Shown here piece by piece: positions 1 through 8,529 of a DNA stretch of 25,339 nt. Location: IMG/VR virus record IMGVR_UViG_3300020401_000081, positions 1-25,339 of that record; one strand, 5' to 3'. The notes below the pieces were generated by a model. That model was not told the origin of the DNA. It searched no databases and saw only the letters and a program-made list of their open reading frames with translations. Every line of letters begins with the position of its first letter. Positions within the stretch are counted from its first letter, which is position 1. The translations under genes and the position numbers were made by a program. Source of the DNA: a virus (Duplodnaviria > Caudoviricetes).

Positions 1-122
1 TGGTGTTTTGCAACCGCCCTCATTAATTAGTGTCAGACCCCATATATGGTTAACTCACATTCTCAATAAGGGGTGGTTATTTAGTTAAATAGCTGGTAAT
101 TTTGAGTGTAACGCACTAGGAT

Positions 123-728
123 ATGGCTATGAATAAAACAATAAATAGCAAATATAGTGTAACTATGGCTCAAAAAATTGAGCTTTGGAACTTAGAGCGT
201 TTAATACCTTATGAAAAAAATGCAAGGGAACATAGTGTTGAGCAAGTTGCTCAAATTGCAGCAAGCATTGTTGAATTTGGGTTTTTAAACCCTATCTTGG
301 TTGATAGCAATGACGGAATCGTTGCTGGTCATGGTCGATTGTCTGCAGCAAAAGAATTAGCTTTAGACGTTGTGCCTGTTGTTGTTTTAGACCATTTAAC
401 AGAAAATCAAAAAAAGGCATATGTGTTGGTTGATAATAAATTGGCTGAAAATGCTACTTGGAACGAAGATTTATTAGCGGAAGAAATAATCAAATTAAAT
501 TTGCAAGATTTTGATTTAAATATTTTGGGTTGGAGTGATGAAGAACTTGAAGCTTTACAGCAAGATGGTTGGGCTAGTGATATTGATGATCCAGCAAGTG
601 ATGGTGAACATATGGACGCAATAAAAGCCAGAATTGTTGTTGAGTTAGATGCTGAAAATAAAGATAAAGTTATTGATGCTATTAATGATTATTGTGAAAG
701 TAACGAAGTAGCAATTGAAATAAAATGA
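123..728 (+). CDS. ParB/Srx-like N-terminal domain protein (type usually fused to phage DNA methyltransferases; no MTase domain here)
   Basis: Motifs LIPYEKNAREH, IAASIVEFGFLNPILVD, IVAGHGRLSAA and DNKLAENATW are typical of phage ParB-like domains found upstream of terminases. Alternative starts at 129 or 165. Stop overlaps the next start (ATGA). Confidence 0.85.
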   Translation: MAMNKTINSKYSVTMAQKIELWNLERLIPYEKNAREHSVEQVAQIAASIVEFGFLNPILVDSNDGIVAGHGRLSAAKELALDVVPVVVLDHLTENQKKAYVLVDNKLAENATWNEDLLAEEIIKLNLQDFDLNILGWSDEELEALQQDGWASDIDDPASDGEHMDAIKARIVVELDAENKDKVIDAINDYCESNEVAIEIK

Positions 729-1567
729 CAACTAAATTAAATATATTAATTGCCTATCCTTATTGTAACGAGCCAGTTATGGAATTATTAAAAAAATTTC
801 CAAAAAATGATTTACGGTTTGTTTTAGATAGTGGTGCATTTACAGCATGGAAAAGTGGCAACCCTATTGAGTTAGACGATTATTGTACTTTTTTAGAAAA
901 ATTGCCAATAAAACCTTGGCGTTATTTTACGCTTGATGTGATTGGCGACCCTGATAAAACAGCAGTTAATTTTGAAAAAATGCTTGAGCGAGGTTTTAAC
1001 CCAATACCTATTTATCAGCCCGGCGAAGATATTAAAGCTTTTGATTATTTTTATAGCAAAAGTGATGTTGTTGCTATTGGAGGAATTAATGGGTTTAGGG
1101 GTAAAAAAAGGAAAGGTTATATTCATGGGGCAATGAAAGTAGCAAACGGAAGAAAAGTTCATTTACTAGGTTTTACAAATATGGATTATATAAAACTTTA
1201 TAAACCTTATATGTGTGATTCAAGCACATGGGAAAACGGTGCAAGATATGGTTATTTAATGATGTATATGGGGAGAGGTCAATTTGAAAAAATACAAAAA
1301 CAACTTTTTAAAACAAAAGTAGGTAATACAAAAATATTATCAAGGATTAAACATTTTGGAATTGATCCATACCTGATGGCTAAAACTGAATCATGGCATG
1401 GCGGTGTTTCACGAATAAGAACATTATCGGCAAGAAGTGGTGTTGCTTTATCAGTTGATGTAGAAAAATACTTAAATACAAAATTATTCTTAGCATTAAT
1501 AACAGATATGGCTTTTGAGCTTTTATCCAAAAGCTTTAATTATCTTTACAGAGGAGGACAATCGTGA
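725..1567 (+). CDS. dpdA: DpdA-like (TGT-fold) guanine transglycosylase, probable 7-deazaguanine DNA insertase
   Basis: TGT-superfamily motifs VLDSGAFTAW (D35), LDVIGD (D71), VAIGG, KVHLLG and CDSSTW (D165). No C-terminal Zn-binding CxCxxC. Lies directly upstream of folE/queD/queE. Confidence 0.8.
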   Translation: MTTKLNILIAYPYCNEPVMELLKKFPKNDLRFVLDSGAFTAWKSGNPIELDDYCTFLEKLPIKPWRYFTLDVIGDPDKTAVNFEKMLERGFNPIPIYQPGEDIKAFDYFYSKSDVVAIGGINGFRGKKRKGYIHGAMKVANGRKVHLLGFTNMDYIKLYKPYMCDSSTWENGARYGYLMMYMGRGQFEKIQKQLFKTKVGNTKILSRIKHFGIDPYLMAKTESWHGGVSRIRTLSARSGVALSVDVEKYLNTKLFLALITDMAFELLSKSFNYLYRGGQS

Positions 1568-2244
1568 ACGAACCAATTTCCAAAACAATAAAAAAACGAA
1601 TTGAATTAGAAAATGGTAATTATTTTGCTAATGATAATATTGCTGATTTCATACATGATAATGAGCTTAAAGTTTTACAAGAAGAAGTAACCGAAAAAAT
1701 ACAAAGTTTATTGGAAAGCTTAATTATTGATACAAAATATGATCACAACACAATTGAAACTGCTCAAAGAGTAGCAAAAATGTATTTAAATGAAGTTTTT
1801 AAAGGACGTTATCATAAACAACCCAAAGTAACTGATTTTCCTAATGCTAAAAATTTAGATCAAATATATACAGTTGGAGCTATAAGTGTAAGAAGTGCTT
1901 GCTCTCATCATTTAGTGCCAATCATTGGTAAATGTTGGATAGGAGTAATTCCAAGTGATCGTGTTATAGGGTTAAGCAAATTTAATAGAATTGTAGATTG
2001 GGTAATGTCAAGACCACAAATACAAGAAGAAGCAGCTATTCAATTAGCAGATACTATTGAAAAATTAATTAAACCAAAAGGGTTAGCAGTAATAATTAAA
2101 GCCAAGCATCAATGTATGACTTGGCGGGGAGTAAAAGATAATGAAACTGAAATGGTAACAAGTGTTATGAGAGGTATTTTTAGGGAAACTGCTGAAGCTC
2201 GTAGCGAACTTATGGACTTATTTAAAGGACAAGGGTATAAATAA
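1564..2244 (+). CDS. folE: GTP cyclohydrolase I
   Basis: Motifs TAQRVAKMY, SACSHHLVP, IGLSKFNR, RPQIQE and HQCMTWRG. GTG start preceded by a GGAGGA Shine-Dalgarno. Confidence 0.95.
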   Translation: MNEPISKTIKKRIELENGNYFANDNIADFIHDNELKVLQEEVTEKIQSLLESLIIDTKYDHNTIETAQRVAKMYLNEVFKGRYHKQPKVTDFPNAKNLDQIYTVGAISVRSACSHHLVPIIGKCWIGVIPSDRVIGLSKFNRIVDWVMSRPQIQEEAAIQLADTIEKLIKPKGLAVIIKAKHQCMTWRGVKDNETEMVTSVMRGIFRETAEARSELMDLFKGQGYK

Positions 2245-2696
2245 TGGGAACATTTAAATCAACAAAAACTTATAAATCAACTAAAGGTTTTAGTTGTTGT
2301 TTTAGACAATTTAAAGCAACTTCTCATTGTAGATTTTTACATGGTTATTCATTAGAAATATATTTAGAATTTCAAGCAAAAAATTTAGACGAGCGTAATT
2401 GGGTTGTTGATTATGGTGGTTTAAAAGATTTAGAAAATAAATTTCGAAAATATTTTGATCATAAAACTTTAATTGATATAAACGACCCACATATAGAATG
2501 GTTTGAAGCTGGCCAAGATTTAGGGTTGTTAGATTTAGTTATTTTGGAAGAAGGGGTAGGAAGTGAAATGTTTGCTTTAAAAGTTTATAAATTAACCTCT
2601 GAATGGTTAAATAATAGTGAATATGCTGGACGTTGTGAAATAACAAAAGTAGAAGTAAAAGAACATGATTCAAATTCAGCATTTTATGTGCCATGA
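2244..2696 (+). CDS. queD: 6-carboxy-5,6,7,8-tetrahydropterin synthase (QueD/PTPS family)
   Basis: Motifs SHCRFLHGYS, WVVDYGGLK, FDHKTLI and VKEHDSNSA. TAATG overlap with folE. Confidence 0.9.
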   Translation: MGTFKSTKTYKSTKGFSCCFRQFKATSHCRFLHGYSLEIYLEFQAKNLDERNWVVDYGGLKDLENKFRKYFDHKTLIDINDPHIEWFEAGQDLGLLDLVILEEGVGSEMFALKVYKLTSEWLNNSEYAGRCEITKVEVKEHDSNSAFYVP

Positions 2697-3076
2697 TTAA
2701 TTTTAGTTGGAAGTCTTTTGACAGCGCAGTTAAATTAGCTGTTTCAAAATATAAAGATCAAAAATTTGTTGGTGTTTATGGTATTCCAAGAGGTGGTTTA
2801 TGTTTAGCAGTTGCACTTAGTCACCATTTAAAAATTCCATTATTAAATGCACCACAAGACAATTGTTTAATTGTTGATGATATTTATGATTCGGGAAAAA
2901 CCTTAGAAAAATACAAAAAATATAAAAATTGTAGTTATTACGTTTTAGTATCTAAGCAAGAACCTACATATTTTTCTAGCTATATAACAACTAAATCAAT
3001 GGGATGGGTTATTTTTGCTTGGGAAAGTGTCGAAAACGCTAAAGCAGATAAAGAGGAATATGATGCTAAAAATTAA
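2693..3076 (+). CDS. Small type I phosphoribosyltransferase (purine/xanthine-guanine PRTase-like)
   Basis: VYGIPRGGL loop, PRPP-binding motif LIVDDIYDSGKTL, and C-terminal WVIFAWE, like the WIxFPWE of Gpt-type enzymes. Confidence 0.88.
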   Translation: MINFSWKSFDSAVKLAVSKYKDQKFVGVYGIPRGGLCLAVALSHHLKIPLLNAPQDNCLIVDDIYDSGKTLEKYKKYKNCSYYVLVSKQEPTYFSSYITTKSMGWVIFAWESVENAKADKEEYDAKN

Positions 3077-3719
3077 TGAAATTTTTGACACTATACAAGG
3101 GGAAGCATATTTTACAGGTACGCCAGCAACTTTTATAAGGTTACAAGGTTGTCCAGTGGGTTGTGCTTGGTGTGATACTAAACATACATGGAATACAGGC
3201 GTAGAAAAGTTAAAAATTGAAATTGATGAAATGCTACACAAAACAAAAGATTCCCCAAAATGGTCTGAAGTTAGCGAAAGGGAACTTGTAAAAATTGTTA
3301 AAAATTTAAGACCTAGACATTTTGTGCTTACAGGTGGTGAGCCTTGTAGTCAAGATATTTTCGAATTAACAAGATTATTATCAAGTGTTGGAACAGTACA
3401 GGTTGAAACAAGCGGAACACATACAATTAATGTTTATCATAAAACGTGGGTTACTGTTAGTCCTAAAGTTGATATGCTTGGTGGCTTAAAAGTGCTTAAT
3501 TCAGCTTTATTACGAGCAAATGAGCTTAAAATGCCTATAAATGGGCTTAATGACGTTAAAAACCTTAAAAAATTAGTTAAAAAAATAAATTATGGACAAT
3601 TAGTTTGGTTACAACCAGTAAGCCAAGAACTACAAAATACGGAATTATGCGTTGAGACAGCAAAAAATAATAATTGGAGGATTAGTATTCAAACTCATAA
3701 ATACATGGGGGTAAGATAA
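3063..3719 (+). CDS. queE: 7-carboxy-7-deazaguanine synthase (radical SAM)
   Basis: Motifs INEIFDTIQGEA, FIRLQGCPVGCAWCDTKHTW (CxxxCxxC), TGGEP, VETSGT and IQTHKY. Start moved from 3015 to ATG 3063, which has GAGGA 5 nt upstream; 3060 is also possible. Confidence 0.95.
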   Translation: MLKINEIFDTIQGEAYFTGTPATFIRLQGCPVGCAWCDTKHTWNTGVEKLKIEIDEMLHKTKDSPKWSEVSERELVKIVKNLRPRHFVLTGGEPCSQDIFELTRLLSSVGTVQVETSGTHTINVYHKTWVTVSPKVDMLGGLKVLNSALLRANELKMPINGLNDVKNLKKLVKKINYGQLVWLQPVSQELQNTELCVETAKNNNWRISIQTHKYMGVR

Positions 3720-3724
3720 AAATT

Positions 3725-4225
3725 ATGGACGCTAAAGCCTACGCTATTCACAGAAAAGTAAGTGGGGCAATGATAACTAAATATCTTAAAAACGGTATGA
3801 TTCCAAGTGCTAAACAAATAGGAAGAAAATGGTATATTGACCCACAAAAAGCAGATATTGAACTAGATGCAGCATTAGGACGTACAGAAAAAGTAATTAC
3901 AAAAATACAACCTAAAGAATATATAGATCAAAGTCAAAAAACTCCTATGCCGTCACTAGCAGCAAATAGAGCAATAAAAGAAATGTATGCTGCAAGGTTA
4001 CAAAAACTTGAATTTGAGGAAAAAAGTAAAAAATTAGTGCCATTTGACGAATTAAAACTTAAATTAAGCAAGTTACATTTACAAGTAAGAGATAATTTAA
4101 GAACAATTCCTGATAGAATTTCACCAATAGTAGCTGCGGAAACTGATCCGTCAAAAATACATAATTTAATCTCTACTGAAATAAGAGAATGTTTGGAGGG
4201 ACTAAAATCAATTGACATTAGTTAA
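3725..4225 (+). CDS. Terminase small subunit (N-terminal HTH, C-terminal helical region)
   Basis: HTH-like N-terminus (AYAIHRKVSGAMITKYLKNG), coiled-coil region ARLQKLEFEE, and position immediately before TerL. Confidence 0.75.
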   Translation: MDAKAYAIHRKVSGAMITKYLKNGMIPSAKQIGRKWYIDPQKADIELDAALGRTEKVITKIQPKEYIDQSQKTPMPSLAANRAIKEMYAARLQKLEFEEKSKKLVPFDELKLKLSKLHLQVRDNLRTIPDRISPIVAAETDPSKIHNLISTEIRECLEGLKSIDIS

Positions 4226-6101
4226 AACATTAATTAAAGATTGCATTAATTGCTTACAGTTTGAAGAACCTTTAAATGTTGCTGAATGGGCTGAAAAGCA
4301 CAGAGTTTTAAGCAGTAAATCAAGCAGTGAAGCAGGTGCTTGGAAAAATAAAAGAACACCCTATTTAGTTGAGCCTATGGATTGTTTATCAACAGATAAT
4401 CCAGTTCAAAGAGTTGTATTACAATTTGCAAGTCAACTAGGCAAAACAGAAGCGGGTTCGAATTGGCTTGGATATGTTATATCTCATTCGCCAGCTAGTA
4501 TGCTTGTTATTCAACCAACTCTTGAAATGGCAAAAAGGTTAAGTCGGCAAAGACTTGAAGGTTTAATTAATGACACGCCTGTTTTAAATAATTTAGTAGC
4601 ACCAGCAAGAAGTCGAGATAGTGGCAATACTATGTTTTCAAAAGATTTTCCGGGAGGAATAATGGTTTTAACAGGAGCTAATAGTGCTGTTGGTTTAAGG
4701 TCTATGCCTTGTAGGTATATTTTTATGGACGAAATTGATGCTTTCCCACCTGATCTTGACAATGAAGGAGATGCTGTAAGTTTGGCTGAAAAAAGAACAA
4801 TGACATTTAGTAGGCGAAAAATTTTAATGACAAGCACTCCTACAATTAAAGATTTTAGTCGTATAGAACAAGAATATTTAGAATCAGATCAACGTAGGTA
4901 TTATATCCCATGTGTACATTGTGGTCATATGCAATATTTAAAATGGAGTCAAGTTAAGTGGGAGGACAATGATCCTAAAACTGTAAAATATGAATGTGAA
5001 AGTTGCAAAAAAACTTTTAAAGAAAGGGATAAACATTATTTTTTAGAACGTGGTGAATGGAGGGCAACTGCCCCTAGTGATGGTAAAACTGCCGGATTTC
5101 ATTTAAACGGTTTATATTCTCCTCTTGGTTGGAAGGGGTGGGAAGAAATTGTTGATGATTTTATAAAAGCAAAGTCTGATCCACAAAGATTAAAAACTTT
5201 TGTAAATACTGTTCTTGGGGAGACATTCGAAGAGAATTATGCAGCAAAAGTTGGTGCTGATGTTTTACTAGAAAGGGTTGAGTCTTATGAGTCCAATATG
5301 ATACCAGAAAAAGCTGTTGTTTTAACTGCTGGTGTTGACGTACAAGATAATAGGCTTGCTATATCTGTTTGGGGTTGGGGTCGTGGGGAAGAGGGGTGGT
5401 TAATAGATCATCAAGAAATATATGGTGACCCCTCAACTAGCGAATTATGGAAACAATTAGATCAATTATTATTAAGACCTTTTAGGCATGAATTAGGGGG
5501 TAGTTTTACACCTGATGTAATTGCTGTAGATAGTGGTGGTCATTTCACAAGCGAAGTTTATGCTTATACAAGGGACAGAAGAAAATATGGTGTTATAGCT
5601 ATAAAAGGTGCAAGTATTAAAGATAAGCCACCTATAGGAAAAGGTAAAAAATTAGATTTGAATTGGAAAGGAAGGGTAATTAAACGTGGAGCAGAATTAT
5701 TTACAGTAGGTACAGATACAATTAAAACAACATTATTTTCAAGATTACGTCATGTTGAAGAGGGTGCTGGTTATTTACATTTTAATATTAAAGCGGATGA
5801 AGAATATTTTAAACAGTTAACAGCAGAGAAACAAATAATTAGATTTGTAAAAGGTTTTCCTGTTAGGGAATGGGTTAAAAAATCATCAGAAAGAAATGAA
5901 GCTTTAGATACTACAGTTTATGCTTATGCTGCTTTGCATAGGCTTTATCAAAAACGAGATAGAAGAACAATTTGGGACGTTTATGAAGAAAGAGGACGAA
6001 TTAAGGACAAAATAAAAGAAAATAAGGGTGAAAAAGATTATATTAGTGAGCTAAGATCAAGAAAGAAGGCTCAAAAGCCTAAATTTATTTCATCATGGTA
6101 A
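4212..6101 (+). CDS. Terminase large subunit, lambda GpA family
   Basis: RTPYLVEPMD, Walker A ASQLGKTE, Walker B IFMDEID, STPT, CxxC pairs (CVHC, CESC), and nuclease motifs AGVDVQ, DSGG and NEALD. TTG start. Confidence 0.96.
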   Translation: MTLVKTLIKDCINCLQFEEPLNVAEWAEKHRVLSSKSSSEAGAWKNKRTPYLVEPMDCLSTDNPVQRVVLQFASQLGKTEAGSNWLGYVISHSPASMLVIQPTLEMAKRLSRQRLEGLINDTPVLNNLVAPARSRDSGNTMFSKDFPGGIMVLTGANSAVGLRSMPCRYIFMDEIDAFPPDLDNEGDAVSLAEKRTMTFSRRKILMTSTPTIKDFSRIEQEYLESDQRRYYIPCVHCGHMQYLKWSQVKWEDNDPKTVKYECESCKKTFKERDKHYFLERGEWRATAPSDGKTAGFHLNGLYSPLGWKGWEEIVDDFIKAKSDPQRLKTFVNTVLGETFEENYAAKVGADVLLERVESYESNMIPEKAVVLTAGVDVQDNRLAISVWGWGRGEEGWLIDHQEIYGDPSTSELWKQLDQLLLRPFRHELGGSFTPDVIAVDSGGHFTSEVYAYTRDRRKYGVIAIKGASIKDKPPIGKGKKLDLNWKGRVIKRGAELFTVGTDTIKTTLFSRLRHVEEGAGYLHFNIKADEEYFKQLTAEKQIIRFVKGFPVREWVKKSSERNEALDTTVYAYAALHRLYQKRDRRTIWDVYEERGRIKDKIKENKGEKDYISELRSRKKAQKPKFISSW

Positions 6102-6105
6102 AACT

Positions 6106-6687
6106 GTGACTATTCCAAAAAAAATAATTGCGGGAGACTACATTCAATGGACACTCAACGCAACACAAGATCATTTTGGCAATCCAATATCAAGCCCAGA
6201 GTGGTCGGTTGTTTATTATTTAAGAACTAATAAACAAAATTTTGCAGCTACTATCAATAGCACAGCACATGAAGATGGTTTTAAATTTACTATAAGTAAT
6301 GCCACATCAGCTACGTTTCCTGACGGTTTATGGTTTTATCAGGCTATGGCTAATAAGTCTGGTAATGAAAGACAAACTATAGCTCAGGGACAATTTACAG
6401 TTTTAGAAAGTACTTTATATTCTGGTAATAATCCAAAAGCATTTGATGGTAGAACACAATTAAGAAAAGATTTTGATGCTATAGAGGAAACAATAAGATC
6501 TTTAAGTACTGGACAAGCTGTTCAAGAATATAAAATAGGAAATAGAAGTTTGAAAAAATTTGATTTAACTGAATTAATTATTATTAGAGATAGGTATAAA
6601 AGAGATTTAATTAAAGAGGAAAAGCAACAAAAGATTGCAAACGGTGAGGGCAATCCTCATAATTTATATATTCGCACAAGAGGTTAA
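6106..6687 (+). CDS. Head-tail joining protein, gpW-like C-terminus with an N-terminal extension
   Basis: Lies between TerL and portal. C-terminal VQEYKIGNRSLKKFDLTEL resembles gpW-type adaptors. Confidence 0.6.
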   Translation: MTIPKKIIAGDYIQWTLNATQDHFGNPISSPEWSVVYYLRTNKQNFAATINSTAHEDGFKFTISNATSATFPDGLWFYQAMANKSGNERQTIAQGQFTVLESTLYSGNNPKAFDGRTQLRKDFDAIEETIRSLSTGQAVQEYKIGNRSLKKFDLTELIIIRDRYKRDLIKEEKQQKIANGEGNPHNLYIRTRG

Positions 6688-6689
6688 TT

Positions 6690-8162
6690 ATGGCTTGGCA
6701 TACACCAATTACAAGATTATTTAATAGGCAGCCAGAAGTAAAAAAAATACAAAGACGCAGATATGCTGGTGCAGCTATTTCACGTTTAACAGATGGTTGG
6801 GTATCAAGTAACACTTCAGCAGATGCGGAAATTAAGGTAAGTTTACGCAAATTAAGGGATAGAAGCCGTCAATTAATGCGAGATAACCCATATGCAAAGC
6901 AAGCTAAGAGAACAACACAAATAAATGTTATTGGTCAAGGTGTAAAACTTCAGTGCATGGTTCCAGCTATTAGAGGTAAGAAAAAAGATAAAAAATTAAG
7001 CATGATGATTGAAGCAGAATGGAAAAAATGGTGCAAAAGAGATAACTGTGATGTATCAGGTCAAAAAAGTTTTTTTATGCTTGAAAATTTAGCAGTCGGA
7101 GCTTTGGTTGAAAGTGGTGAAGTATTTTTAAGAATAGTCAGAAGAAAATTTGGTAAAAGTACAGTTCCTTTGGCATTAGAAATTATTGAAAGTGATTTAT
7201 TAGATGATGAATATTCTGGTAAACCAGCAAGAAAAGGAAATGAATGGAGAATGGGAATTGAGGTTGACAAATTTGGTAGGCCACAAAGATATGCCTTTTT
7301 AAATAAACATCCGGGCGACAACTGGTTTGAAAATAGTTATGAGAATCAAAAACATACAATTATAAATGCCAACGATATTATTCATTTATTTATACAAGAA
7401 CGTCCCGGACAAAATAGAGGTGTGCCTTGGCTAAGTTGCGTAATGGACGATATGCACCAAATGTCGGGCTATGAAAGTGCAGCCGTAATTCGAGCCAGAG
7501 CTGGAGCAAGTTTGATGGGTTTTATTAGTTCAACTGAAGGTGAGTTAGAAGCTGATGATGTACAAGAAGAACAAAGACTAACTGATTGGGAAGCAGGTGT
7601 TTTTAAATACTTAAATCCGGGCGAGGAAATTACAGTGCCTAATATTAGTAGCCCTGACAGTCAATATGAAATGTATGTAAGAGCCAAAATTAGAAGGTTC
7701 GCTTCTGGACTAGGCTGTTCCTATGAAACTATAAGTCGTGATTTCAGCGAAACTAATTATTCTAGTTCTCGTTTAAGTTTGTTGGAAGATCGGGAACATT
7801 GGAAAATGCTACAAACATTTATTATTGAAAATTTACATCAAAGAGTATTTGAGGAATTTTTAGATGCTGCTGTTTTATCAGGTTCATTAAATTTACCTGA
7901 TTATGAATTAACACCTTTAAGGTATTCAAACCCAAGATGGCAGGCTAGGGGTTGGAGTTGGGTTGACCCTAAAAAAGAAATTGAAGCTTTTAGAATGGGT
8001 GAAGCTGCTGGTTACTATACAAAAGGTGAAATTGTTTCAATGTTAGGTAAAGATTTCGAAGACAATATAGATCAAATTAAGGCGGAACAAGAAACTTTAA
8101 GCGAGTCTGGAGTTCAATTAGACCTAGATTTAGGTGGCGGAACTACTATTAGTGAAAACTAA
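6690..8162 (+). CDS. Portal protein, lambda family
   Basis: Motifs LRDRSRQLMRDNPYA, RPGQNRGVPW, NYSSSRLSLLE and WSWVDPKKE. Confidence 0.95.
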   Translation: MAWHTPITRLFNRQPEVKKIQRRRYAGAAISRLTDGWVSSNTSADAEIKVSLRKLRDRSRQLMRDNPYAKQAKRTTQINVIGQGVKLQCMVPAIRGKKKDKKLSMMIEAEWKKWCKRDNCDVSGQKSFFMLENLAVGALVESGEVFLRIVRRKFGKSTVPLALEIIESDLLDDEYSGKPARKGNEWRMGIEVDKFGRPQRYAFLNKHPGDNWFENSYENQKHTIINANDIIHLFIQERPGQNRGVPWLSCVMDDMHQMSGYESAAVIRARAGASLMGFISSTEGELEADDVQEEQRLTDWEAGVFKYLNPGEEITVPNISSPDSQYEMYVRAKIRRFASGLGCSYETISRDFSETNYSSSRLSLLEDREHWKMLQTFIIENLHQRVFEEFLDAAVLSGSLNLPDYELTPLRYSNPRWQARGWSWVDPKKEIEAFRMGEAAGYYTKGEIVSMLGKDFEDNIDQIKAEQETLSESGVQLDLDLGGGTTISEN

Positions 8163-8527
8163 GAGTCTTTTTCTTTTTCGCAATGTGGACAAGATGGCGG
8201 GTCAAGAACTAGCTCTTTCATCATTGCTACAAGAAAAAGAATAGCAACCATAGAAGGCGGTTGGTCAATATTAAATGGAAGTTTAGAGTGTTTATTTTGT
8301 GGGAAACTTACCCCATCATAAGCAACACAAACAGTATGCTCTGTATCAGTAGGATTAATAACTTGGCTAAAAATGCAACCTGTAGTTAATTCATTTGTAT
8401 TTTCATCACGCAAATGAACATAGGTTGGGTTGTAATTTTCAAAATCTAGACCCGCTTGTGCGAGTCCAGATTCAAGGTGTTCTAAAAATTCAGTTACTCT
8501 TGGGTCAAGTGTAAAATCTTCGGTCAT
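8159..8527 (-). CDS. Hypothetical protein, acidic, with C-terminal CPHC motif
   Basis: 122-aa ORF with GGAGG 9 nt upstream of its ATG, inside the preceding gene's end. Its stop overlaps the portal stop. Fills an otherwise non-coding gap. Confidence 0.7.
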   Translation of the reverse strand: MTEDFTLDPRVTEFLEHLESGLAQAGLDFENYNPTYVHLRDENTNELTTGCIFSQVINPTDTEHTVCVAYDGVSFPQNKHSKLPFNIDQPPSMVAILFLVAMMKELVLDPPSCPHCEKEKDS

Positions 8528-8529
8528 TT

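Noticed and set aside
725-1567. Canonical tRNA-guanine transglycosylase (tgt) for queuosine
   Set aside because: Too short, lacks the Zn-binding domain, no queA/queF/tRNA nearby, and the motifs match phage DpdA-like proteins better.
3015-3062. ORF-track N-terminal extension of QueE
   Set aside because: Overlaps the PRTase. Homology starts at MLKINEIF, and the SD supports ATG 3063.
893-7321. Short ORF-track entries nested in the que, terminase and portal genes (893-1162, 942-1136, 1279-1530, 2996-3241, 3934-4218, 4511-4837, 6611-6850, 7061-7321)
   Set aside because: Antisense or out-of-frame shadows of well-supported genes, with no motifs or RBS.
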